From TPA_inf: Saccharomyces (Eukaryota): a DNA stretch of 64,000 nucleotides. Positions 46,386-56,601 of the stretch are shown here, in pieces. Numbering within the stretch: the first letter of the stretch is position 1; each line of letters begins with the position of its first letter. A model generated the notes under the pieces. The model was not told where the DNA came from and did no database searches. It saw nothing but the letters and a program-made list of their open reading frames with translations. Made by a program: the position numbers and the translations under genes. The stretch lies in contig BK006936.2 of the NCBI GenBank assembly GCA_000146045.2, positions 288,001-352,000 of the forward strand, written 5' to 3'.

Positions 46386-48818
46386 TTAATTTTCTGTTTT
46401 CATTGAAATATTGGAGCTAAAATAATCAACTAGCTCTTTACTGATTTCATTGATTGATTTTTGCTTATAGCCTTTGACCTTTTTCTTCATTCTTTCATAG
46501 CACAATTTCAACTCTAACCCATTTAATTTCATGCCAGGCTTCAAAGCTGCAAGTTCATCCCAATCTACTTGAGAATCTTCTGTTATACCTAAATCTCTTA
46601 ATTTTTCAAAAATCCATAACATATCATCATCTTTTACAGTCTGAATTTTGGCAATTGCTTCCCTTTTGACCAATTTATTCCATTTATAACGACATTGAAT
46701 ACGTGATCTCGTACCGCCCATACGCTCACTGACAATGGTCCAGTTAATGATGTCTTTGAAATCTAACTTACCGTTACCCATCAAAGATTTCCTCAGTTTA
46801 TTATTGTGACGTCTGATTGTATTTGACAAACTTTTAGAATGTGTGCTTGTTGCTGATGGAGCAGGTACCATTGAGTTCTGGGAATTATCATCGAGCTGTA
46901 TACCTAATGAATCGTGGGGTTTGTCTTCGTCTTTGTTGTCTCCCAGGGATGAAGAAGCAGCAGCGGCAGCAGCGGCAATAGCATCGTCATCATCTTGCTG
47001 CTTTTGTTGAAGAAGTTGTTGTTGTTCTTGAATAGCAGCAGCAGCAGCTGCTGCTGCAGAAGCTGTATCATCATCGTCTTCATCGTTATTGCGATGATCA
47101 TTCTGGTCATCTTGCAGTAAATGCTGTTCTTCTTCCAATAAGTTTGGATGCAATTGAGACTGTTGTTGCTGGGCTTCTTCCAACATATCGCTGATAACCT
47201 TTTTCAGAAGCTCTTCTTCTTCAACGGACCATCTATTTGATGCTCTATTGGTACCACATTTTACGTAGTTTCTCCAACGATCCCTACAATCTTCTGGCAT
47301 TCTGCCTAAAGTTTTACCTATTTCTGCCCATTGACCTTCTTTTTCTGCACATAATTTAGCTAGCTCTTGTTCCTCCTCCGCGGTCCATTTACCACGTTGT
47401 TCAAAAATGTGATATTTTCTTCTCATGTGTTTGTAGATAGAGGAGCTAGATCTATAGGGTAAGACTTTGTAAATATTATTCCAAAAGTTGTCCTTTGGCC
47501 TGTCGGAACTCCATATCCTTTCACAAACTTGTTGTCTAGTCAAACGTTCAATGGCCTCATACTCGTTAATAAATCTTTCTAAAGCGGCGTCTTCGGCTTT
47601 ATCAAAAGCTTTGCTATTGTTAGACCTTGAAGTCGATGGCGTTGCTGAGGATGAGGATAAAGATACCAAAGATGATGCCTTTGTGGCGGCTGATTGAAGT
47701 AGTTGAGATATTTCTGAATTGTCCACGCTGCCAGCTTCATTATCATGAGAGGGAGATTTTTGTTGGTGTGGTTGAGTATCTTGAGAGATAACTTTGGGCA
47801 AGACTTCCATATAATTTCTAGATTTGTTGAGGGAACTATCCAGCATAGAGTCTTTCTGCAGTTCAGAGTATTGCTTTGTACTATTTGATAAATCATCTGT
47901 ATCATCATTGTGATTCTTGTTCTGATGATTCAAACCGTGTGTACGCATCAAATGATCTTTAATATGCTTTAATTTTTCGTTATCGTCAGTATCAGCCGCA
48001 GTATTCAAGTATTGCTGGAAATCAGGATGTTGGGTAATCGAATCAGCGTCGATAATGGCCTTATGGACCAGTTGATCACGATCAATCACATCATTATTAG
48101 TATCGTTGTCATCTGCATCACCCAAGGTGGTTAATTCCGGATCTACGTTTCCAATTTGTCTGTCATCGTCATCATTATTGTTTTTCCGCTTTTTCTGTGA
48201 ATTCTCATGATTATTTCCGTTATCATGCTGTCTTTTACGCGAATTGCTATCGTTCGCAATACTGTTATTATTATTGTTATTTTTCGATAGAGTGTAAGCA
48301 GCAGCGACGGCGGCCATCGCCATAGATTGATGATCATCGTCCACACCAACACCCGCATCTTTCTTATTCTTGTCGTCGTCGTCATCCACGACTATGTCAG
48401 ATTGAGAAAAGTGATTATTACTGTCATTGCCGTTGTCAGTGTTATTATTGTTTTCGTCATCTTCGTCGTCTTGTTGATTATGCGCTGTTTGCCTTAAATA
48501 CCAATCCATAACTGCGTTATGTTGTTCATTGGAGTTGGCATGATCCACATTCGAAGATGATTCGTTCGCATTCAATGCGCTAATATTTTCAGAATCATCA
48601 TTATTATCCTCGTTTCTATTACTGTCATCATTGTTATTAACATCAACATCACTACTACTTTCCACAATATTCTGCTTTTTCGAGTGTTTGTTTTCCAGAT
48701 CCTTCGTATGCAATTGAGGGTCATGGTTCTGGTGATCTAGACCTACACCGACATATTTCAAAACAGCCTCTTCCACAGACTCTTGATTTGCGTTTTTATC
48801 GTTATGACCTGAAGGCAT
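46386..48818 (-). CDS. REB1: Myb-like RNA polymerase I enhancer/terminator-binding general regulatory factor (REB1, YBR049C)
   Basis: 810-aa ORF with Myb/SANT-like repeats ('KWTAEEEQEL', 'RWSVEEEELL') and long N/D-rich, poly-Ala and poly-Gln low-complexity tracts. Confidence 0.92.
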   Translation of the reverse strand: MPSGHNDKNANQESVEEAVLKYVGVGLDHQNHDPQLHTKDLENKHSKKQNIVESSSDVDVNNNDDSNRNEDNNDDSENISALNANESSSNVDHANSNEQHNAVMDWYLRQTAHNQQDDEDDENNNNTDNGNDSNNHFSQSDIVVDDDDDKNKKDAGVGVDDDHQSMAMAAVAAAYTLSKNNNNNNSIANDSNSRKRQHDNGNNHENSQKKRKNNNDDDDRQIGNVDPELTTLGDADDNDTNNDVIDRDQLVHKAIIDADSITQHPDFQQYLNTAADTDDNEKLKHIKDHLMRTHGLNHQNKNHNDDTDDLSNSTKQYSELQKDSMLDSSLNKSRNYMEVLPKVISQDTQPHQQKSPSHDNEAGSVDNSEISQLLQSAATKASSLVSLSSSSATPSTSRSNNSKAFDKAEDAALERFINEYEAIERLTRQQVCERIWSSDRPKDNFWNNIYKVLPYRSSSSIYKHMRRKYHIFEQRGKWTAEEEQELAKLCAEKEGQWAEIGKTLGRMPEDCRDRWRNYVKCGTNRASNRWSVEEEELLKKVISDMLEEAQQQQSQLHPNLLEEEQHLLQDDQNDHRNNDEDDDDTASAAAAAAAAIQEQQQLLQQKQQDDDDAIAAAAAAASSSLGDNKDEDKPHDSLGIQLDDNSQNSMVPAPSATSTHSKSLSNTIRRHNNKLRKSLMGNGKLDFKDIINWTIVSERMGGTRSRIQCRYKWNKLVKREAIAKIQTVKDDDMLWIFEKLRDLGITEDSQVDWDELAALKPGMKLNGLELKLCYERMKKKVKGYKQKSINEISKELVDYFSSNISMKTEN

Positions 48819-49079
48819 ATTGATTGAGCTATAAATATTCTAATTCAGCAGCAACACGTGAGTTCAAACTAATAACGATAGTGTGTAGATAACCTTGCTT
48901 GTGATGATGTTTATTTATTTACTTTAGGTTGGGTCCACAGCAGGGTAATAACAGCCTGAGTTTTGTTGTTTTATCTTGTGTGGTCAAGAAAGCTGCCATT
49001 TGTTTGTCGTTGTCCTTTGTGAGGGTAGGTCCCTTGGCCGCCTTTGGTTTGCCACCCGGCATGGGCCCAATTTGAAAGA

Positions 49080-49086
49080 CGGGTAA
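49080..49086. promoter_or_regulatory. Reb1 core site CGGGTAA about 265 bp upstream of REB1's own ATG. A nearby weaker variant GCCGGGTGG lies at 49051-49060.
   Basis: Seen in the sequence. The Reb1 consensus is TTACCCGG / CCGGGTAA, and REB1 is reported to be autoregulated. Confidence 0.45.
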
Positions 49087-49182
49087 CAAAGTTGTTGCTA
49101 TATATCACGTGATCAATTTTTCCGAGGAGCTTCTAGAAGAAAATGAGACACAATTTCAATGTATTGAAAGTTTACGTAAAAT

Positions 49183-50199
49183 TTATAGGAGCAGGTTGGG
49201 TATACTGGTGTCTATGTAAGCGTCAATGTCATTTTCTGTTTCAGCGTCAGTATCAGTATCAGTGTCAGTTTCCGACTCGAAAATGAAGGTCGAATGACTT
49301 GAAGTTGACGAAGGTTTTACGGGGGAATGATGACTTATGTTGGATAACTTGAGATCGGAGTCAACCCGAAGCACACTACTGAAATCTGTTTCTCCTGCCT
49401 GTAACAAAACATTTCTTGGAACATCGCGAACATCGTGCCCACGCTGATAGTCTCCACTATTACTACTGATAATGGCAGTGGCAGCGGCAGTCGTAATAAT
49501 TGCGTCACTCGCGACGTAAACGCTGTTATAATCATAGAAACTTCGCTTACTTGCTGCGTTGCCAATACAGGGATCTAGTTCAGACTTTGAACAAGGGCGC
49601 TGTTCATCAGTCGAATTCAACCGTGTAGAAGGAAGCCTTTGTATGAAATGCTCATCAGTTATAATACACTGTTCAACGTTATCGTTAAATTTGATATGCC
49701 TCTCTCGTGGCTTGCCCATTATATCTCTCCTTTTGCGTGCCTTAAACCAGCTTCTCCAAAAAAGGTTCTCCAATCTTTGATCATTGTCCACTTTCTTGTG
49801 TTTTTGTAACGGTAAAACATTTTCATTTTTTACAGTGTTGTTCGAGCTTCTCACATGCTTATTATTTTTATTGTAATTGTTTTTACTACTACAATTGATA
49901 AACTTGATGAATTTCCATAAATTTAAATTCAAGATTAAACTTCTTTGCTCGTGAAAGTCGAAATTTTTCTTCTTTACTGCTGGCAACATGCACATTCTTT
50001 TCTTGTTTATTTTCCACTGTTTGGCATTCAAAGACTTGATTTTTTTTAAGCAATACGTACCATTTGCAGCGGCGGGAGGATATCCCATATCGTTTCTATT
50101 CATCAAAGTTCTGACCGCCTCAACGAATTTACTACTTTCTTCTTCCTCTGGAGGGTCCTGGAATAAGTTATCCAAAGAGTCGCAATTACTCAAAGTCAT
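49183..50199 (-). CDS. REG2: Glc7 (PP1) regulatory subunit (REG2, YBR050C). The ORF extends to 50298; the probable start is the ATG at 50199, giving 338 aa.
   Basis: The ORF has 'KNVRF'-like PP1-docking region 'RERHIKFNDNVEQ' and synteny. Confidence 0.75.
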   Translation of the reverse strand: MTLSNCDSLDNLFQDPPEEEESSKFVEAVRTLMNRNDMGYPPAAANGTYCLKKIKSLNAKQWKINKKRMCMLPAVKKKNFDFHEQRSLILNLNLWKFIKFINCSSKNNYNKNNKHVRSSNNTVKNENVLPLQKHKKVDNDQRLENLFWRSWFKARKRRDIMGKPRERHIKFNDNVEQCIITDEHFIQRLPSTRLNSTDEQRPCSKSELDPCIGNAASKRSFYDYNSVYVASDAIITTAAATAIISSNSGDYQRGHDVRDVPRNVLLQAGETDFSSVLRVDSDLKLSNISHHSPVKPSSTSSHSTFIFESETDTDTDTDAETENDIDAYIDTSIPNLLL

Positions 50200-50640
50200 T
50201 CTCACACACTTTCTTGTTCCTATTTTTTTTTTCTTATTCCAATATATTATTTTATCAGAAGACAGACAGCAAGAACGACAGCCTAAGTTTCGAGACAACG
50301 CTAAATTTGACGGACATGCGAAGACATGCCATATATAACAGTACGTCCAGGAAGAAGCTGCAACTCAAGAAGCAATAACTATTTTATGCATTATTAGTTA
50401 ATTAAAGGGGGTATGGTGTGGCTAAAAACGAGTAAAAAAGCAGCTTGTTGCGATGTTAGTAATGATAACTATAAGGTTTCCGTGTTGACACAATAAGCGT
50501 ATAAATTTAATCACTCCCCCCACGTTTTTTTATCCAGTGCTGCCCCGCCACATGCAATCGGGCCGTCGGAAAAGCAAGAGAAGGACAAACTATCGGGCAA
50601 ATGGCCTGGAAGGGACCTTCCCCATTGGCCCTTGACTATA

Positions 50641-50672
50641 GTCCTTCAGTCCTTCAGTCCTTCAGTCCTTCA
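50641..50672. repeat. Perfect tandem 8-mer (GTCCTTCA)x4
   Basis: Seen directly, about 50 bp 3' of the RFS1 stop and about 450 bp 5' of REG2. Confidence 0.95.
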
Positions 50673-50719
50673 ATGTTACAGTTATACCATATCGTACTTA
50701 TGTAAAGATATATACGGTT

Positions 50720-51352
50720 TTACAAATCTTTGATACGGTCGTAAAAGGCCTTCCCTTGAAGTTGGTGAACTCTTAGCTCGGATAAACTGGGAGGTCTGCC
50801 ACCGTCGATTCCAGAAACACATCCTGCGCCCCAGGCGCAAGACCCGTTCACATCTTCAACGTCGGTCAATTCCTTGTATGCGTTCTTATACCCCAATGGG
50901 ACATAAATGACACCATGATGGACCAGAGTACTCATTGCGTTCATGATACACATTTCTGTATCACCCTTGCCGCTTATTGCGCCTGAAACAAACAAACCGG
51001 CAATTTTGCCATGGAGAGAACCCTTTGCCCAAAGCCCACCAGTATTCGAGTCCCAAAAGCTTTTCCACTCCGCGGGGAAGTTTCCAAACTTAGTAGGTAT
51101 TCCGAATAAGTAGTAATCGTACTCAACCAACGTTTCTCTTGTTAGGATTTTATAGGAAAAATCTGCATTAGTTTTGGCGACTTTGGCTGCCTCTTTTCCC
51201 TCTTCTGTCGCATATTCAGTTTTATAGCTGACGTCTGGCACTTGGAAAATCTCAGCCTCACCACCAGCTATCTCTATACCTTTTTTTTCATTTTCTGCTA
51301 ATGTGGCAATTATATCGTCCACTGAATAAATCAAAATAGCGACTTTCGGCAT
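50720..51352 (-). CDS. RFS1: Flavodoxin-like fold / WrbA-type NAD(P)H:quinone oxidoreductase family protein (RFS1, YBR052C)
   Basis: 210-aa ORF 'MPKVAILIYS...' with a flavodoxin-like fold. It is a paralog of PST2/YCP4. Confidence 0.8.
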   Translation of the reverse strand: MPKVAILIYSVDDIIATLAENEKKGIEIAGGEAEIFQVPDVSYKTEYATEEGKEAAKVAKTNADFSYKILTRETLVEYDYYLFGIPTKFGNFPAEWKSFWDSNTGGLWAKGSLHGKIAGLFVSGAISGKGDTEMCIMNAMSTLVHHGVIYVPLGYKNAYKELTDVEDVNGSCAWGAGCVSGIDGGRPPSLSELRVHQLQGKAFYDRIKDL

Positions 51353-51674
51353 TATCTATGTGGCGTAGTATGTGCTTATAATAGTGAGTAGTATGCTGGA
51401 GGTCTTGATGTTCGATGTTTCTCGAGAAAAGTGTGATATAAAATGTGGTTTCTTTTTATTTCTTTTCTTTTCCGCTCTTTTATGTATTTTTGATTGTCCG
51501 CCCCTTAGGTGTTCCCTCCTTATAACTAGGCAACCAAAATGGAACGGCTATTATTCGATGTATAAGGACAAGTTTGGGAGCTTCGCTTCAATTTGCCCAT
51601 AAGCGGTGTCATATGACGCTAGTTACATGCGCTGGATACGTATGCTGCATATATATAAACATATGTATATACAC

Positions 51675-52751
51675 CTAGTGGAGAGGTTGTCGCTTTGTAG
51701 ATTCCAGAGGAACATTTCCGTCTAGCACGTTTGGAATTTTGTAGATGCAGCCACCATTCTTGTCAGTATTGGTTCTTACAGCATCGTTGATTTCTGCATT
51801 GGCAGTGGTCACGAAGAGATCTTTACCAACAAAACAACAACATGAAACTCTTGGTGTCTGCTCCGGCAAAATGAACTCCTTCAGCAATTTTCCGTTAGTT
51901 AAATCGAACATTTGAACCTTACTGGTGGACCAGACAGTGATAAACAGAAACCCAGAATGTTTTCCGTCTTTGCTAAACCAAATTGCACTTCCATCTGGTT
52001 CAGGAGACTCAAAAGATTGATTGTTGGAGTTCTTCACGTCAATTAACTCGTCACGTTTTAGCAAGTCGCCACCAGGACATTTCCAAATAGTGAAGTTTAA
52101 AGAATCAGTCACGTACATCGTCTTTTGATCACTTTCATCCCAGTGGATCGCGTTAGGAATTAACAAGCAATTCCAAACAAGCTCTATCTTGTGAGCTAAT
52201 AGGTCAACACGAAGCAAACACCCAATAGGTTCCAAATCAAATGGAAAATCGCTCATTAGCCCCACATAAATATATTTTCCATCTGGCGAAACGTTCCCAT
52301 CATTAGATCTCAACTTATATGCTCTGTCTGTACTCAATTCAGGACATTCGGAATACAAAATGACATATTCCCATTCACTTTTGCTAAAATCCAATTTTCC
52401 TATGCCAAATTTACTACCAAATAATACTTGTTTGATTTCATTTTGTGAAGCCCCATCAAGTATTGGAAATATACAGCCCACGGATTCTTTTAATTCATCT
52501 GGATTGGGAGGGTACTCAATTGACGCATTCTTGCCATAATTGGCTCTACTAATGGAAAAAAAAGAATGACTGGATTCAGGCTGTTCTATGTCTTCGACTT
52601 TATGAACCTCTCCTTTAAAAATATCAACCCACAACAGTGTACCGGTTTCCTTAACGAAGGTTATTCCTTCACTATGTATGGCACCGGGAACGTGATAATA
52701 AGGTTTTAAATCATGCAAAATAATTTCTTCAAAATCGCCAACACTACTCAT
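51675..52751 (-). CDS. YBR053C: SMP-30/gluconolactonase/LRE-like beta-propeller protein of unknown function (YBR053C)
   Basis: 358-aa ORF with similarity to the SMP-30/regucalcin fold, and synteny. Confidence 0.75.
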   Translation of the reverse strand: MSSVGDFEEIILHDLKPYYHVPGAIHSEGITFVKETGTLLWVDIFKGEVHKVEDIEQPESSHSFFSISRANYGKNASIEYPPNPDELKESVGCIFPILDGASQNEIKQVLFGSKFGIGKLDFSKSEWEYVILYSECPELSTDRAYKLRSNDGNVSPDGKYIYVGLMSDFPFDLEPIGCLLRVDLLAHKIELVWNCLLIPNAIHWDESDQKTMYVTDSLNFTIWKCPGGDLLKRDELIDVKNSNNQSFESPEPDGSAIWFSKDGKHSGFLFITVWSTSKVQMFDLTNGKLLKEFILPEQTPRVSCCCFVGKDLFVTTANAEINDAVRTNTDKNGGCIYKIPNVLDGNVPLESTKRQPLH

Positions 52752-52867
52752 TTTACGAAAAGTGTCTAGTTGCTCAATGCATATAAACTTAATCTAAGAA
52801 TCTTACAGGACATCTTCATATATGTCCATATGCTTTGAATAAGCATTGGCTTCCCCTTAAAGCCCGA

Positions 52868-52875
52868 CCGGGTAA
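52868..52875. promoter_or_regulatory. Reb1 site CCGGGTAA about 120 bp upstream of YBR053C, next to a CCCCT STRE-like element at 52853-52857
   Basis: Full 8-mer match to the Reb1 consensus. Confidence 0.45.
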
Positions 52876-55100
52876 ACTTTCACCTAGCTGTTCTTGGCGA
52901 CCATTAAATAATTTTGAATGCATTTCTAGGAACAAAATCAAGTGCAAGCTACAGCTTTACAATTATAGAATCTGTTGACCAAGTAAAATGGATGAGAAAA
53001 TTTACGTACGATTTTGTTCCTTATCCATTCAGCTTCTCAGTTAGTCAAGAGGTAGCTGTAGCGGCTTAACGAAAAAGGTATTAAAAAGGGACATACTTTT
53101 TTTATATCTTTTCCTTTGGCGTTCACAGTTACTCTTTTAGAACTCCTTGTTGTTGTGTAATGCATTTACCCATTCCCGATATAACTACCACTTTGGAGAA
53201 CTGTAGACAAAGACCGCTCTTACTGAGTATACATTTTACTTTCGTAGACCGACTTTTAACTCTATTAGGAAAAGCAATTGACTTTTGAACTTCGATGACG
53301 ATTGTGCAAAATACAAATCGTTTCAAGCGGTGTTCGGAATAGCTCACAGAAATGGCGAAGATATGTTGAAAAATACATACCGATGTCATTTGTGAAAAAC
53401 AAAAACACAAGCTACAATTTGTATATTTACTCAATTACATATACCAATTGAGTAATAATTAAACAAGAAGGCAAAAATAAACTAAAGCAAAATAGTATAC
53501 CATCTTTGGTTCCTGGACCACATTTTCTCTCAATATTTTTGAGATGTTTTTCTTTACTTTGTTTTAAGTAGTCTTTCCATCTCCCTTCAACGGAAACAAG
53601 TGCACGCAACATGTTATTTTCCTGTTATCCGCCCTGAGCAGTTTTCTTCCCCGGGTGGCAACCATTCTCCAACATTAGACAAACTTTACAAAGAAGACAC
53701 CCTACCCGGTTGCCTCCAAAGCCCTTCTTTCTTAACGCGAGTACCGCTTTGGGAGGCCTCATCTTGGTTGTGTCCTCGTATGGCAGCATCTGCCATTGAG
53801 CGAACCCTTTCCCGTTTTACGCGCATGGCCTAGACCGATCTTTAGCAGACATGCCGAGTGAATTTACCTAAGATTTCTAAGGACTCTTCTGCATGTTTCC
53901 GAAAATCACCGGAAAAACCTTCGGTTTTTTTAGACGAAAACTAGGAAGTTGCTTAGCTTTCCTTGTCGTCTTCAAATCTATATGCCATCGGAAGAGAATC
54001 AGAAGAGAAGATCACGACTTAAGAGCTTTGCTGTTAAGATAGCAAGAAAGCTTGCCAATAGGCAGTTATGTAACCTAGTTTATCTACACCTTCTTTGATT
54101 AACTTAGCTATGTAGGCCGGTGTGTTTGTTCATATCACGGCATACGTTAACACAATGTAAATCTTGCTTTGGGTTGACTGAGGGAAATAACTATAGACAT
54201 CACACCAATGGCTAAGGGATATTTCGACCTCGCTATGGGTTCTAAATGAGGGAATGGAAAAAAAGGGTAAATTGAAAACAACCTACCGATTTTGGTACCA
54301 CTTCCGTGATTTTCGATTCTTCAATTTCCGCATAATTTGCCTCAAATAGGAAATCTGAGCTGTTTTTTTCTTACCCTCGAGTGGTCGTTCTGCGGACTTT
54401 TCTCCGGTCCAATGCATGAATCCCTTTAAGAAGCATGAAGAAAAAAAAAAATAGCCTCTTGTAAAAGCAAAAATGCCTTTCACTATTTCTGTGTAAACGA
54501 ATAATTTCGTCATCTTAGTAGTTCACTGGATAATTGTGCTTTCCAATCAGATTAGTTAGTAAAACCCCTAGAAAATTTCAATGTTAGATCGGGATGATTC
54601 CTCATCGGGTTGTTGCTTATTCATGATCCTTTCAATTACTGGAAGCTTACCGAAAAGATATATAAAGAACCGAACTTATTCGGTTTACATGTAAGACAGT
54701 GTGTTAGTTATGGTTTTCCGCCCTTTTCTTCTCTTGTTTTCTTCGATATTTGTTATTAACCTTTTCTCATTTACGATTATATAATCAAGTGTCAAGATTG
54801 TGTCAGCAAATAACAGTAATATTCCAACCCGAAAAAAACTATCTATTTATCTTTGGATACTTTAACATAGACAAGAAGTCCTAAGAACTTACCATAATTT
54901 TTTTTCTAAAAACCCTTTTTTACTCAAAACTAATAGCTTATTCTGGTTATTTTTAATCAATCTAGAATTTTTTTCTTTTAATTCCAAACAATCTAATAAC
55001 GTTTAACCACTAATTCTTTAATTATTAATATTTAATTTTAAAAATCTTCTAATTTTCCTGATAACTTAAAGTGACACTATTTTTTAAAAAAAGCATCAAA

Positions 55101-56135
55101 ATGTCTGATTATGTTGAACTATTGAAAAGAGGTGGTAACGAAGCCATCAAAATTAATCCACCAACCGGTGCTGATTTCCACATTACATCTCGTGGTTCAG
55201 ACTGGCTTTTCACCGTTTTTTGTGTTAACCTACTATTCGGTGTGATTTTAGTCCCACTAATGTTTAGAAAACCAGTTAAGGACAGATTCGTATATTATAC
55301 GGCCATTGCTCCAAATTTGTTCATGTCAATTGCTTATTTCACCATGGCTTCTAACTTGGGTTGGATCCCAGTCAGAGCAAAGTACAACCATGTACAAACT
55401 TCTACCCAAAAGGAGCACCCAGGTTACAGACAAATTTTTTACGCTAGATACGTTGGCTGGTTTTTGGCTTTCCCATGGCCAATTATTCAAATGTCTCTAC
55501 TTGGTGGTACTCCATTATGGCAAATTGCTTTCAATGTTGGTATGACTGAAATATTTACTGTCTGCTGGTTGATTGCTGCCTGTGTCCACTCTACTTACAA
55601 ATGGGGTTACTACACCATTGGTATTGGTGCTGCCATTGTTGTTTGTATTAGTTTGATGACAACTACATTCAACCTGGTCAAGGCCAGAGGTAAGGATGTC
55701 TCTAACGTTTTCATTACTTTCATGAGTGTCATCATGTTTTTGTGGCTGATTGCTTACCCAACCTGTTTTGGTATCACAGATGGTGGTAACGTTTTGCAAC
55801 CAGATTCTGCTACCATTTTCTATGGTATTATTGATTTGTTGATCCTATCTATCTTGCCAGTTCTTTTCATGCCATTGGCTAACTATTTGGGGATTGAAAG
55901 ATTAGGTTTAATCTTCGACGAAGAACCCGCTGAACATGTTGGTCCAGTTGCTGAAAAGAAGATGCCATCTCCAGCTTCTTTCAAGTCATCTGATTCTGAC
56001 TCTAGTATCAAGGAGAAGTTAAAGCTAAAGAAGAAGCACAAGAAGGACAAGAAGAAGGCTAAGAAGGCTAAGAAGGCCAAGAAGGCCAAGAAAGCCCAAG
56101 AAGAGGAGGAGGATGTAGCCACCGACTCTGAGTAA
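55101..56135 (+). CDS. YRO2: Stress-induced plasma-membrane 7-TM protein of the HSP30/microbial-rhodopsin-like family (YRO2, YBR054W). The ORF starts at 55071; the probable start is the ATG at 55101, giving 344 aa.
   Basis: Seven transmembrane segments with similarity to Hsp30 and Mrh1, and a C-terminal (KKA)n tail. Confidence 0.85.
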   Translation: MSDYVELLKRGGNEAIKINPPTGADFHITSRGSDWLFTVFCVNLLFGVILVPLMFRKPVKDRFVYYTAIAPNLFMSIAYFTMASNLGWIPVRAKYNHVQTSTQKEHPGYRQIFYARYVGWFLAFPWPIIQMSLLGGTPLWQIAFNVGMTEIFTVCWLIAACVHSTYKWGYYTIGIGAAIVVCISLMTTTFNLVKARGKDVSNVFITFMSVIMFLWLIAYPTCFGITDGGNVLQPDSATIFYGIIDLLILSILPVLFMPLANYLGIERLGLIFDEEPAEHVGPVAEKKMPSPASFKSSDSDSSIKEKLKLKKKHKKDKKKAKKAKKAKKAKKAQEEEEDVATDSE

Positions 56136-56601
56136 ATGCTTTGATCTGCTGATGTAGCAATGTTTTTTTCCTTCTTTTTCCTGACGTATTATTATTTGAG
56201 ACCGAAACTTCGCTGGAAAAGAAACACTTCGATCCTTTTTTTATCTTCTGCATTATAACGCGCAACGATGAAGTGTTAATACATGAAAGAAGATGGGATT
56301 GGATTGTAGCGACCAAAGGCCACAAATAAATATGCACTGTTTTTAAATTTTTTTTTCATTAAAAAAATACGAATAAATTCCTTAAACACATACATCATTT
56401 TGCTTCAAATTTTTACGTTTGTAAGAAAGACCATTTGTTGTCTTAATACCTATGAAGCACTACTTATAATCTTAATTAAATCTAATTCTTTTCTTTAACT
56501 TTTTTTTTGAGCATCGCTTCTATCAATTATGTGTATACATACATACATACATATAAATATACGCGCAGGCTAAGTAGAAAACAACGCAAGATAGAATTAC
56601 T

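Noticed and set aside
49988-50338. 116-aa + strand ORF overlapping the 5' end of REG2 on the opposite strand (dubious YBR051W)
   Set aside because: Antisense overlap with a real gene and no recognisable features.
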